Origin: Paraphysomonas bandaiensis
Taxonomy: Eukaryota; Protista; Chrysophyceae
NCBI GenBank assembly: GCA_965644295.1
Contig: CBFFRP010000357.1
Location: forward strand, 124,001-188,000
Length of the DNA stretch: 64,000 nt
Direction of reading: 5' to 3'
Shown: positions 1 to 11,608 of the stretch, piece after piece
Position numbering within the stretch: position 1 is the stretch's first letter
Layout: each line of letters opens with the position of its first letter
Made by a program: the position numbers and the translations under genes
The notes under the pieces: model-generated
Told to the model about the DNA's origin: nothing
What the model saw: only the letters and a program-made list of their open reading frames with translations
Database searches by the model: none

Positions 1-312
1 TTCCCTTATCTAAGTATATCTAAATGAATATATACCTGAGCTTTAAGCGGATGGGTGAAATCGATATAATTCATGGCGTATAGGGTGTAAGTTATGATGC
101 TATGATTATGTTATTATGAATAAATATTTCAGTATACTTATAACATAAACACATAACAGCATATTTTAAAAAACGTCATTAAAAATATCGATAAATTCAG
201 TGATAATCAGTCATGAGTGCAATACATCCTTATCCGAGTATTCCACTTGCTCATGAGTTATGTGGGTATAAGCTTGCATAGAAGGTAACGGTTATTGTAA
301 TGCTACAGCATC

Positions 313-1548
313 TTATCGACGAAATCGACGATTGTGAGACTCCAGTATGCCTGACACAAGTGGACTGAGGAAGTCCGTATCAGCAACAATACTGCAGTAG
401 TCGCAAACGTCGTCAAAAGGAGAAACAGAACAATGAACGTGAGCATCAACTGCAACTCCCATATAGGCTGTCACATAAGTGTGCAAGCCCACATTCACAG
501 ACACAATAGAGGTGGATTTCCTTTTGTTGAATTCATAAAATCTGTTCTGGACACGCAACACTACGTCCTTACCATTTAGTGTCACCTTCACCGGAATTTC
601 ACGGCCTGTTCCAAATAACATGGCGGCATCATCACAACTAATTGACGAATAGATATGGGAGGTATTTGTGACCAAAGTGATTTCGTTCTCAGTAAGTCTT
701 CGACGACGCCGTGAGGATGATGAAGTGGATAGTTGGTGAATAACGGGGGACAAGCATCCATCAACATTGTTGTTATAACACTCTCTGGGGAGGAGCACGA
801 TGTAACTCTCTCCCTCGAAACTAGGTACGTGGGGAACTGCAACAAATGCAACCAGATCGTTATCAAGTATGTTAGAGGAGTACCCTGAACAGTCAAAAGG
901 GCGTGATTCAATCTCAGTGCCCTCTTCTGATGTCGTAGAAATATCTACCACTGCTCTGCGAGTACCGCTGTTTTGAATCCTCCAAAACTGGTCGTTAAAT
1001 TGTGACGCAGTTTGCTGAGCAACGATGGAATATCCCTGATCAATGAATTCAGACAAACCATCACACGACACCGTGCCACACATATAAGATGTCAATCTTC
1101 GACGAGTGTTCAATTCGTTAAGTGTTTCCACCGAATAGTATGGTTTGTCCAACTGTACTAAGTTATCCTCTGTCATGCCACATTGAACTGTTTCCCCTGT
1201 GGATGATGATGTCAGAGTGTTTCCTTCAATAACAGTATCTTTGGACAATTGTACAGTTAAAACTATTACAAGAGTTAATATAACGATAAGTAAAACAGAC
1301 ACTACTCCGAGTAACTTCGATAGTCTCTTAAACTTCAGTTTATCTTTCTGATCTTGTACTGCACCTTCAAGAACTTGAATCATTTCATTCTCATCAATTA
1401 TTCCATCACTATTAATATCATATTTCTCTATTGCCAATTTAAGAGATGATTTCAATGATTCTAATTTAAATACATAGTCATCTCTTCCACTTAAATCAGC
1501 ATCCTCTTCATCTCTTATCTCAACAGTTTGCATCCTTTCATGCCTCAT
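313..1548 (-). CDS. EF-hand, single-pass (type II) membrane protein with RRRL motifs
   Basis: Intronless ORF; likely start MRHERMQ at 1548 because the upstream in-frame part looks UTR-like. Canonical EF-hand loop DINSDGIIDENE, TM helix LLGVVSVLLIVILTLVIVLTVQL, then a Cys-containing region with NTRRRLT and SRRRRRLT. Confidence 0.7.
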   Translation of the reverse strand: MRHERMQTVEIRDEEDADLSGRDDYVFKLESLKSSLKLAIEKYDINSDGIIDENEMIQVLEGAVQDQKDKLKFKRLSKLLGVVSVLLIVILTLVIVLTVQLSKDTVIEGNTLTSSSTGETVQCGMTEDNLVQLDKPYYSVETLNELNTRRRLTSYMCGTVSCDGLSEFIDQGYSIVAQQTASQFNDQFWRIQNSGTRRAVVDISTTSEEGTEIESRPFDCSGYSSNILDNDLVAFVAVPHVPSFEGESYIVLLPRECYNNNVDGCLSPVIHQLSTSSSSRRRRRLTENEITLVTNTSHIYSSISCDDAAMLFGTGREIPVKVTLNGKDVVLRVQNRFYEFNKRKSTSIVSVNVGLHTYVTAYMGVAVDAHVHCSVSPFDDVCDYCSIVADTDFLSPLVSGILESHNRRFRR

Positions 1549-2165
1549 TATTACAATGCAATATATAATTAAAAGAAAAGAGGGTATGTCATCTAATATA
1601 TAGGAGCTCTCCTCTCTCTCTCTATGATAAGATACGACTGTTACTGCAGCATATAGATATCTATATCTATGGAGCTTGAAGTGCAATAAATCATCATGAA
1701 TTGGTGCTTGGTGCGCTATAACTAAAATATACCAATTTTTTAGTTTTATAAAGTACATCAATACTAAAACCACATATTTTCATTATAAAAACCACATATA
1801 AAAAAAATATCGCAGTTTTAGTCTACTGCTGTATTTTACACATCAAAAACCATAACAGTAAAAAACTGGTAATATTCAGCCCATAGTATATAGTGTATGT
1901 ACAGCCATGTACGGTATATGAGATGAGGGTGTTCTATCTTAACACATGCATCCATAGATATCACTATTGTAATTGAAATGAAGCCCATCTGTACCTCATA
2001 GTAGATAACTTACTGCATGATAATATCAGTATGAGCGTATGTGAGGTGAGGTGACTCATATGAGTGTTATATATAGAGATATGTGTAGATCGATGCATGT
2101 GTGTACATCATATGGGTGCATGTATGGAGAGATATGTATGTATATGTTATACGCATATGTAGGAA

Positions 2166-3079
2166 ATGGAATTGTATTTAGCTGTCACGGCACGTGATAG
2201 TGACGCTGTTCGTCATCTGGTTCGTGATGGCAAGCATAATATCGAGGAACTGTATGAGGTAACGTACAGTGTTTTACACATAGAGATGTTAGATACAGTT
2301 GTTACGTATAGTTACTCTATATACAGATGTTACGTATAGTTACTCTATACAGTTGTTTATATAGATGCTATATATACATTATATAGAAGTTATACTGATG
2401 TATGCCATATGTAGATGTTGTATACAGTCTTTATAGTTGACATATAGATGTTGTAAGTATATATGAATGTTATATAGATATTATGTATAGATGTTATGTA
2501 AAGATATTATATAGTGAACGGTTGCATATTATATTGTAGCTGGCGTCGGTTGCGGATTATATTATTCTTTAGGATGGTAAAACAGCCCTTCTGATTTCAG
2601 TTATGAATCGCGATATACACTGTACAACTGAATTAATCTCGGGTGGAGCCAACATTCATTGTGTGGATTCGGTATTAGTCTATACTTTTGATTACTTTTG
2701 ATATGATTGTGTGTAATTATTGATTAGGCCCAGAGAACACCACTGCATTGGGCTGCCCTCAATGGTGATGCAATAATTGTCGAAGCACTATTAGAATCTG
2801 GAGCTCATACTTTTGCGAAAGATGAGGTAGCGGTTAGCTGTGGTGTTCTATGTGAATATGGCTACTGCAATCACCATGCTCTAGATCTCGATCACTGTTT
2901 TCTATGTACAGACGTTGTCCACACCGCTTCATCTTGCAGTTACAGGAGGCCATGTTGCTGCTGCAGCATTGCTAATAAGTAACGGGGCGGACATTAATGA
3001 AAAGAATGCCGATGGTCAGTCCGCCCTGGACTTGGCAACAGGAGAGTGTGGCATTTTTCTTTCCGAGCGAAATATATGA
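2166..3079 (+). CDS. Ankyrin repeat protein (4 exons)
   Basis: Exons 2166-2258, 2573-2671, 2728-2826, 2912-3079 with GT-AG phase-0 introns give MELYLAV..., DGKTALLISV...GANIH, RTPLHWAALNG..., TPLHLAVTGGH...GADINEKNADGQSALDLA. Absent from the ORF track. Confidence 0.9.
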
Positions 3080-5073
3080 CTAATATTTTCTCATGGAGTT
3101 CTGTGAATGAGTTTTCTTGTTCATTGACTGTCGCAATTATTCTCATCTATATGTATCGCGCTTGCTGATTGCCTGTACACAAACTCCACAATATATACAT
3201 GGAAGTGCAGATGGTGTTAGAGCAACATGCAAGAGCAGTTTCACGTGAGGTATAGGTAGCTGTTACAGCGCGAACAAAGTTACGGTTTGATTGAGCAACT
3301 ATACACTTTCTTGGAAGTGCAGTACGGTATTGGTTAGTGTATAGATGAATAATATTCTTACTTATACGGCATGACAAAATAGAATAGGTCTAAATAATTG
3401 CTATTAAAGTAAATGAAAATGAACGTAATATATGAGTAAATGTATATAGTGTAAGATACAGAGAACAACATCTAATCACTATATCAGAAAGTTAGATATG
3501 TGCGTTTAACATCTTGTAAGTAGTAAATGTATGTAGCATAAACTTACGTGTTAATAAACCTAAGTATTGAATGCTAAATTAAATAAAGTTGTATGGTGAT
3601 GGAACAACCAAAAAGTGGGAATGTTCTAAGAATTCGTAAACACAACTTTCAAGTGTATGCATATAACTGTGTAAAATAAGCAAAGCCAAGTTCAAGATCC
3701 CCTTTACCATGCGCCATTAAACATGCAAAGGGCTCCGATTTGCTTTAAATAGACCACTGTTAATTCCAATTGTACGGTATGTATATTCATAGGGTCTACT
3801 GTATCGCAGTAGCTACATATCAATGTCACCTTTCACATCAATTTGAACAGGCCATGATCTCCAAGTTCTCAACTGCAAACCAAAACATCTAATTCGTTCA
3901 TCCAAGCAAGCTGGATCTAACGAACGCGGGTATTTAGGTCACTACAGAACGCAGTGCCACTACACGACACCTTTCTCTCTGGAATTTCCCGCATTGCATT
4001 GCATACAATCTGCATCAAACCAGATGCTAGATAACATTCTGGGAAGTTGTATTATCGACGACAGCACAATTGAACAAACTGGTATGTGACGAACGAAAAC
4101 AACTGCTCGAATGAAATACCGAATCTTCACCAGAGTGACAGCCCTTCCAATCTGAAAGTGCAAGGTGGGACTATTCTTTCTTGACGGGGAGGGTTCATCG
4201 GAGGGGCGTCTTTCCCATTGAAATAAGAGTATAGTGTCTCAAGCACATTGTGGCATACACTGTGTTGATCCTATATACTCATTAAGTATTTCGAATTAGA
4301 AGAGAATCGACAAAAATCATTTGGGACGAGAAATTTAATATAAGCATATAGATATCTTGAGGTAATAAGAGCAAGTTGAACGGTGACTGCGGGGTTAATC
4401 TGGTCTCCTTCCGTCTGTCAGTGTGTCTTCGTCTTCATTCTCCTTATACTGTGCTATGAACATCGCAACATTAGGGATAAGCTAATCTCATATACCCACA
4501 GCTCATCCCTCCAGAGCCATCCCTCATATGAGTCACCTCTGTTGCTATCTCTGTTGTTGTTATATCTTCTATTACGATATCTATCTGTCATCCTCTCTTC
4601 CATTGTGCAAAGCTACTATCACTGCAATGTCGTTATGTCCTCTTACATAGTCGTTAACAATATACAGATACTATCATTACGAGGTAAAACCATAAGTTTC
4701 TATGAGTAAAACCAGAAAACTCATGAGTTTTATAGAAAAGTAGTTTTTTCATGCCAGGATATTCATGCCAATACTACCTATTTTCTCGTCTTTTAGATTC
4801 TAAAAATCTCTAATTTCTGTTTGAAAAAGCACTAGATATGTTATCTCCAATCAAAATAATTATAAGGTATATGATTGGATACATGTGTAGTTGATAAGTT
4901 CGCGTGTGATCTGATGACGCACTCTATGCAAATGCATTCAAGCAATTGTTGTGGGTGGTAACGGTGCAACACCTCACATACGACATGCATAGCATCGAGA
5001 ACATCAAAGAACCATTAATTTACACTACATCACACTCTATATACTGGCAGCTGTTTGTGAACATCAGTGTGCC

Positions 5074-5322
5074 ATGGATGGATATTGTGATGACGAGTAT
5101 ATGCCTTTTGATTGGGATGAAATGCCAGATACGAAATCAACCAAGAAAGTTAGGTTCTCGAAGACATCTGTTGTTGTTTTAACAGCTTCGAGACGAGAAT
5201 ATAAGCATGCAGGAGTGAGTGTGTGGTGGAGTCGGAATGAATTGAAGCAGTTCTATAAAGACTACTGCTCTGAAGTGTATTACAATAGAAAGAACTCATG
5301 CTGTAAGAACGAGGGACAGTAA
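5074..5322 (+). CDS. Small (82 aa) protein with an RVxF-type motif (KKVRF)
   Basis: ATG-started ORF with protein-like composition; KKVRFS followed by VWWSRNELKQF; preceded by the same A/T-tract block seen upstream of other genes. Confidence 0.5.
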   Translation: MDGYCDDEYMPFDWDEMPDTKSTKKVRFSKTSVVVLTASRREYKHAGVSVWWSRNELKQFYKDYCSEVYYNRKNSCCKNEGQ

Positions 5323-5889
5323 CCTCACTACAGATTATATCTCAAAATGTGATGTAGTCTATGCATCACATTCTCTTACAACCTCTTGCCATACTTATAT
5401 ACTAGTGAAATCGTTTTCGTTTTAATCTGATAGCATTCGTATTTCGTTCTGTACTATACCTTGTTCAATGACATGCTACAGGCATATATTGTATTGAAAA
5501 ACAAGAATATTGTAAAGTTAATAACAACTTGTTTTTTAAGTTACAGAATAGATGCAGTTATTGCCGTAATATAGTTATGAATATTTTTACTTTTCCCGAA
5601 TATGGGTAAAGGTTGTGCACTTTTACTTTATTGGTATCAGATACCAGACGACTGAGTTGTGGAGTTGTATTTACAACAATGTACATATTTATTCAAGAAG
5701 AAGGGGGATTAGTAGAATATATACTTTTGTGATTTTAAAATATTGTACTGGTGATATGAATGTTGTATGAGTGTGATATGTGCTTTGCCTTACTAGTTCT
5801 GATCAATATTATCAGATCTTAGATAGATTCGATCATATATCTGTGTAAACCTGTGACCTTGGATATAGCAATATATCAATACAGGTATA

Positions 5890-6700
5890 CATCGTATCAG
5901 CGACAGATGGAATGAGATTAATGCAAGATTAAAAGGACTTAGCATGTATATGTATTATGGTAAGTGGAAATTATTAGATATTCATATGCATCCTCGTGGT
6001 GTTGGTGCATATAGGCGTCAACTAGAATCAACATACGGCACTGGAGATATATACAGTGCTTTGAGCATCCATTTGGATAAAGTGATAATGCGCTGTGTAT
6101 GGCAGATCGTGTATGTTACCGCCTACCAGATCGTGAAAGTGGTTTTGGGCCACAGTTGAATCGCAACGCAGCAGACCTCTATCTTCTGTACTCCGGGGGA
6201 TTAAATAAGTGGAAGCCTATACAAGGGTATGTATATTTAACAAACCATTTTGGAGGACAACAAGTTGTTCGTGGATTTCATAAACATATTGATAGCTATT
6301 TCCGTGAAAGTCCTGAAGCAGAAGCAGCTATAGTTTAATTATTAATATTGCTTTGGTACCACTGCATCGCCTCCATGATGAAACCTGCTATAAGCAATCC
6401 AACCATTACATGATTTAAAGCAGGCACAGAAAAATCATTCAGTTAGTTGAAACTTGTGATCTTATCTTTCGCGCTTCCAGTGATGTCGACAAGACTGGTA
6501 CAACACAACGATACAATGGTATATACAATGGTCCTTCATGGGTTATCGATGGAGGAATCCTGGTTTACAATCCAAAGAAAGGTAGAGGCAGCCAGAACTA
6601 TACTTTTATTTCAAGAGAACACTTATCTCAGATGTCAGGCTTGGAGTTTGCCCAGGCAGCAGGCGTTGTTTATGGAAATCTAACAACAAACAGACTTCCA
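5890..6700 (+). pseudogene. Decayed phytanoyl-CoA dioxygenase-like (2OG-Fe(II)) gene fragments
   Basis: Fragments in shifting frames: DRVCYRLPD..., KWKPIQGYVYLTNH..GGQQVVRGFHKHIDSYF. The expected HxD position reads QLN; frameshifts and stops present. Confidence 0.35.
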
Positions 6701-7253
6701 GCATCAAGGAAGGCTAAGGAAAGTAGTGTTGCAATGTGGAATATAGTGGCAACATGAGTGCGAATGTGAAGGGTAATAATGTGAGTAATGAGGGTAATAT
6801 CGATACCCTTTAAACTCCAACTCCAGCGATATCACGAAGCAAGGACAGATATGTCCACCGATATCATCATGATATACAGTTTTTACTTAAAACTATAGAT
6901 TTGTACAGAAATAATATTTTGGGTTACAAATTGGGTGTTTTACCATAAAAAGCCTGTACTAAAAGCTAAATTTGATCACTACATAGTGCAGTAATTTCGG
7001 GATTTCTAGTATTGGTTTTGTAATAAATTGAGAAATGCAGGATTTTGGGTAACTATATGAGGTTATCCATGCATGTATAGGGATGTATTACTAGCTACTA
7101 GATCATGCTGTGTACATATATGTCCAGTATACTATGAGATTACCCGCATGACGAGATGGCCTTCTACGACTAGCAGTAAAGCATGCATTCATCTCATATA
7201 CTTATTAGCAATGACTTCCAATAATATCAAGTAATACTTTAACTATCAAATAG

Positions 7254-9839
7254 ATGAACACTGAGATTCATAGATATGTTGATGAGATCATTCAATGGGA
7301 CTTATATCCATCAGATGTATTGCCCAGCTGGCTCCATCGCCCACTACCTCTAGATAGAACCTCCTCGTCTCAGGAAATACTAATACCACAGTTAATTAAA
7401 ACTATTGGTGATGATTGTAATCTTCTCACCCCATATTTAACACGAACTGAGTCTCAAGTAAATAGTACAATATACTGTGCATCAGCCTCATCAGGTGTGG
7501 GTAAAACTCATCTGGCATATGCAGCTGGGCTTACGGGGAAGTGTGTTTCAATTATAATTCGAATTGCTGAACAACGAGAAGAACATGGCAGTGCCGCCTT
7601 TTCTGCTCCATGGAGTTATTTGTTCACGCTGTTGGAGCGTTTTGAAAAGTATCGATTGTCTGTTTCCCAATATGACCAGAAGATGGTGGCGCACCATGCC
7701 TACCGGTACATCAAACTGCTTATCCTTTGCTATGTGCACGTCACGCAGATTGCCATTGGACGTGACCTTAGTTTGGACCAACGCAAGAAGTGCGAATTGG
7801 CACTGCGGTTTCATCGCAATTGTCGAGGCGAGGAGCTCATCGTTAAAACTTACCAAACACTCGTTGCGGAGATGGAAATTGTAGACACCGAGACTGGCTT
7901 GAATGTACTATGTGGGTATCAAATGGATCAGTTTTATGCCAAAGTCAAATCGAGCTCAATAGGCATTCCCTTATTGCTCTGTTTCGATGAGATTCAAAGT
8001 TTATTTGATAAATTTTCTGAGGTCTTCTTATCGCAACAACATTACTACAGCCACCAGAATAATGTGGTGAAGAGTGTATGTGATGATGATCTTCCCACTA
8101 TTGTTCAGGAATCGGATTGGGCCTTCGTGCCTCCTCCGTTATATCAAGATAACGAGTGCCACCAGTCCTCAAGGGGGGTGTTCTGTGCCCTGTGTTGTTG
8201 TATGTGTGACCTGGCGAAGGAGTGCGGATGGCTCATGTACATGACTGGGACCTCTTTCTCGATGACCAAGTTTCGCAAAACGGCTTCTAATTTCTCTCCC
8301 ATCAGAGGGAACGTGCGGGTGGTGTCACCGCGTGCTCGATTTAGTCTTCACGATATGGTGTCGACGCTGACGCATTATTGGAAGTTTGCGGACGAGGTGT
8401 TCGACACAACTGAAGTGCAGAAAGCCCTGACATATTGCAAAGGGAGACCGCTTCTGTTTGTGAATGCTGTCTTTATCCCTCTTTACCAGGAGAGCTATTC
8501 TTCAAATTTCTCGGGTTCGGTGTCTGCTTCCTGCCTTATCAGAGTGATTCAAAGAGGAATCAACGGATTGCGCGGTGACTTCCAACGTCGCATGGGCGAT
8601 GCTTTGGTAGGTGGCAGATCTTTCCCCAGCTCCGACACCAGCAAAAAGTCTCGATACTTTCTGCCACATCTCGTCAAGGCGCTTCTCTTTGACAGCGGCA
8701 AAATGACATTAAGTGAGAAATTCGGGATTGGAGAAGCGATAGCAACCAGCTTAGTGTGCGCGTGTGCATATCATGACGATATTAGCGACGACAATAAGCA
8801 TGAAATTGATATATCTGCAGAGCCGTTGGTCGCTGAAGTGCTGAAATTGGTTATTTTACGAGAATTGCAAACTAATTTTAATGATGTGTTGCGGCTACTC
8901 ATTGAGACAAAGCTGTGGGTCGGGAAAGGTGATGTGGCTGAAATTGCCTTCGCCTACAACATCGCCCTCCTTTGCTACCAGCACCAGACCTTGCACAAGG
9001 GCAATGGGATTCCGTTCGCTGACCTCGTGTTGCCGATGTTTGCTGCGGAACGACAATTTCTCCCCGATGAGGTGGATCGCTATGTCTCCTTTGCGTGCCA
9101 GGTCGTGGACTGTTCAGATGTGAAAGGCGAGTGTGCATTTCGGCGATTTATCAGAGACGACGGTAGTGTGGACGACACCCTCATTCTGACAAATCTGCCC
9201 AAGCGCATGGGGGCTGATGTTGCCTTCATCGTGTCGACATTCTGCGATCGTATGAACATGCGAGTCGTGGTTGTACAGCATAAAAGCGATAAAGTTATTA
9301 CTCTAAGTGAAGTTATGGTAACTCTCAGTCCGGGCACTCAATATCTGACGAAATGTCAGCGTCAAGCTCTGCTTTCAAACAAGAGAATCACGAACAAAAT
9401 AAGAGCTGATTTTGAAGAATCAAAACTTGGAGCTGGTTACGTTGAGTGGGTAGACTACGTACGTTTTGCGAGAACCTATCCATGGATGATGCAGCGGTGG
9501 ATCAGATTGCCCGTTATTGCCAGGAAAATTGCACCTGAAGTCTTCACGTTTGAAAAGACTGGAATATATATATACTTAAAATCGGAGTTTACACTTCAAA
9601 GGCTCTTCAGAATTCGAGCTGCATATGAGTCTGTGGTGAATGGGTACAAGGACAGTCCCATTGTTTTTCTTTATATGGACTCTGAGAAGTGGCTGACTGA
9701 GGATATTCGACGACTGTTCGTAACGGAAGAAGGTACAGGTAGTATGCGTCTGACGACAGGTGTGGCGACATGGGTTCCCTGCTCACTAGACGACTCGATC
9801 AGATATTGTACTCGGGCTGGTGTTAAAAATCCAAATTAA
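7254..9839 (+). CDS. Crinkler-like P-loop NTPase plus C-terminal restriction-endonuclease-fold protein
   Basis: 861-aa intronless ORF. Walker A ASSGVGKT, Walker B LLLCFDEIQ, sensor-like MYMTGT, GRP motif; C-terminal GADVAF...VVVVQHK resembles PD-(D/E/Q)xK. The ATG directly follows TAG, so an upstream exon is possible. Confidence 0.65.
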   Translation: MNTEIHRYVDEIIQWDLYPSDVLPSWLHRPLPLDRTSSSQEILIPQLIKTIGDDCNLLTPYLTRTESQVNSTIYCASASSGVGKTHLAYAAGLTGKCVSIIIRIAEQREEHGSAAFSAPWSYLFTLLERFEKYRLSVSQYDQKMVAHHAYRYIKLLILCYVHVTQIAIGRDLSLDQRKKCELALRFHRNCRGEELIVKTYQTLVAEMEIVDTETGLNVLCGYQMDQFYAKVKSSSIGIPLLLCFDEIQSLFDKFSEVFLSQQHYYSHQNNVVKSVCDDDLPTIVQESDWAFVPPPLYQDNECHQSSRGVFCALCCCMCDLAKECGWLMYMTGTSFSMTKFRKTASNFSPIRGNVRVVSPRARFSLHDMVSTLTHYWKFADEVFDTTEVQKALTYCKGRPLLFVNAVFIPLYQESYSSNFSGSVSASCLIRVIQRGINGLRGDFQRRMGDALVGGRSFPSSDTSKKSRYFLPHLVKALLFDSGKMTLSEKFGIGEAIATSLVCACAYHDDISDDNKHEIDISAEPLVAEVLKLVILRELQTNFNDVLRLLIETKLWVGKGDVAEIAFAYNIALLCYQHQTLHKGNGIPFADLVLPMFAAERQFLPDEVDRYVSFACQVVDCSDVKGECAFRRFIRDDGSVDDTLILTNLPKRMGADVAFIVSTFCDRMNMRVVVVQHKSDKVITLSEVMVTLSPGTQYLTKCQRQALLSNKRITNKIRADFEESKLGAGYVEWVDYVRFARTYPWMMQRWIRLPVIARKIAPEVFTFEKTGIYIYLKSEFTLQRLFRIRAAYESVVNGYKDSPIVFLYMDSEKWLTEDIRRLFVTEEGTGSMRLTTGVATWVPCSLDDSIRYCTRAGVKNPN

Positions 9840-9842
9840 GTG

Positions 9843-10550
9843 GGGGTATAATACGCCAGTACGTCTTCAACTATTCTTTTGCTAGCATCCATGTTTTCAT
9901 CTCTTATTTGTGATATAATAAATAATTTTGATTTAATTGTAGTATAGTATTATACTTTGAAGTCTCAATTCACGAAATCGAAGGCAATGAAGGTTATGAT
10001 TCCAGCGTTTCATCTGATGATGATAACGATGAAATTTTTTTGGTGAATGAACGAGTTTAAAAATCAAATGATGAAGTGGAAAACTCTCATTGATAGCAAT
10101 GACTTTTACATAAGAAATTTATCTAAAATAGCTTATTGAAATTCTTATCATTAGCAATAGGCGTTTCGAATCTGCACCAGCCTAGTGGCTGGATGAAAAC
10201 TAGTCAAGCTAGATGGGCGTCTACACAAGTGACACTTATTGGTGCCCCTTGTACCACACAAGCATTCGGCTATGATGGGCAGAACAATATCTGCTGTCTA
10301 TGTTTGCGGCTCACGTTAGTTTCCCCGAGAGAGTCTCTCCGGTACTTATCCCCCATTTATTAAATTACTGTTATTTCAGTATTATAGTCGTTATATATAA
10401 TTTAATTTCGCTAATTAGCTTTTCGGTAGTCAAGGGCAAAATAGCTAATTAACTTTTAGCTGTCTGGAGGGCAGGGGTATAATACGCCAATACGTCTTCA
10501 ACTATTTTCTTTTGCTAGCGCTCATATATTATCTCTTATTTGTGATATAA
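9843..10550 (+). repeat. ~75-bp imperfect direct repeat (9843-9917 and 10474-10550)
   Basis: Both copies read GGGGTATAATACGCCA(G/A)TACGTCTTCAACTATT...TTTTGCTAGC...ATCTCTTATTTGTGATATAA. Confidence 0.85.
10136..10354 (-). mobile_element. Dispersed repeat family copy A (internally deleted; putative LTR fragment)
   Basis: Shares the terminus TGAAA-TCTTAT-ATTAGCAATAGGCG and the block CTACACAAGTGACACTTATTGGTG...GTACTTATCCCC with the copies at 22.6-23.1 kb and 31.0-31.4 kb. Confidence 0.8.
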
Positions 10551-11608
10551 GTGCTCTATTCTGAGCGAGTACTCAGGTAGATCCGGGTGGGGGCCAGGTG
10601 GGAACCTAACTAATACTTGATTATTCCCATACGTTATTTGCTAGCTACCACTGAACCCAACTAGCTACATCATTATAAAAATATCACATGATATTTAGCG
10701 CTGAATATGCAGTGAGAACCCGGGTGGGAAGCGCTGAACTTAGCAATGTGTACATAGGTAGAGGTGCGCGGTTGCAACACTCAGCAGCACTCACAAGAGG
10801 GCCCCACGCAGTGATTAGTTACGCTGTCAATATGGGGCAAAATATACTGACTGCACAGATCCCTCTGATCCCTCTATTGCTCTCATCGCTCCTCTTCACT
10901 CCCTGTCCCTCTTTCTTCTCTCCTCTCTCTGATTATCCTCTAAATAAATCTATGCACCCATTTCCATCCCTTATCAAGCCTAATGCATATCAGAGTATCA
11001 TATGAGGAGTAAAATATGATGATGTTATTGTGATCCTCATCTTAATAATGATGCTTATCATGAGCTGACATGGAATCATGCTATCCATGGATATAGCAGT
11101 TAGAGTATGAGCGACTAGAGCTACCGGTACATGGTATATAGTAGTATATAGCGTATGTCAACACTGAAATTTAGACTGTTTTTTCCTAAAATCCTGCTAT
11201 TTACAAATCATCTGTACATACGTCAATATATCCCTGATTTTATGTGGTGGGGATTGCAGATTTCTGTATATTTTTCGTACCAGGATTTTATGTTGTCCAA
11301 AATTGTCCAATAGTATTTTTTTTAAGTCTGTTGTGTATGTTGCTATACATATACTCCTATACATATTAAGTGCATAGACGTATCCTTTGTATATTTTTGT
11401 TCCAAGATGCCTCGTATATTGAGATAATAATTATCCGTATTCCAGCCGTAGATGTATATTAGTAATATAGAAGAATTTTGCTTCAATTTATTTCCGAAAA
11501 ATAAGATGCTGACTGCCAATACGGAAGTGAAGTCTTGAAGTGAAGTCAATAGAAGTGAAGTGAAGTGAAGAGTCTCTATATCATACTTATACATCACAGT
11601 ACTTGATC

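Noticed and set aside
1549-1773. N-terminal 75 codons of the 486-aa ORF
   Set aside because: Non-ATG start running through AT-rich and (GA)n upstream sequence; the ATG at 1548 is more plausible.
3120-4250. Possible decayed gene on the minus strand
   Set aside because: Composition looks coding-like, but I found no recognisable motif or consistent exon chain.
10160-10185. TTCGAATC...CCA resembling a tRNA T-arm or SINE B-box
   Set aside because: No cloverleaf, and the motif is not conserved in sister copies.
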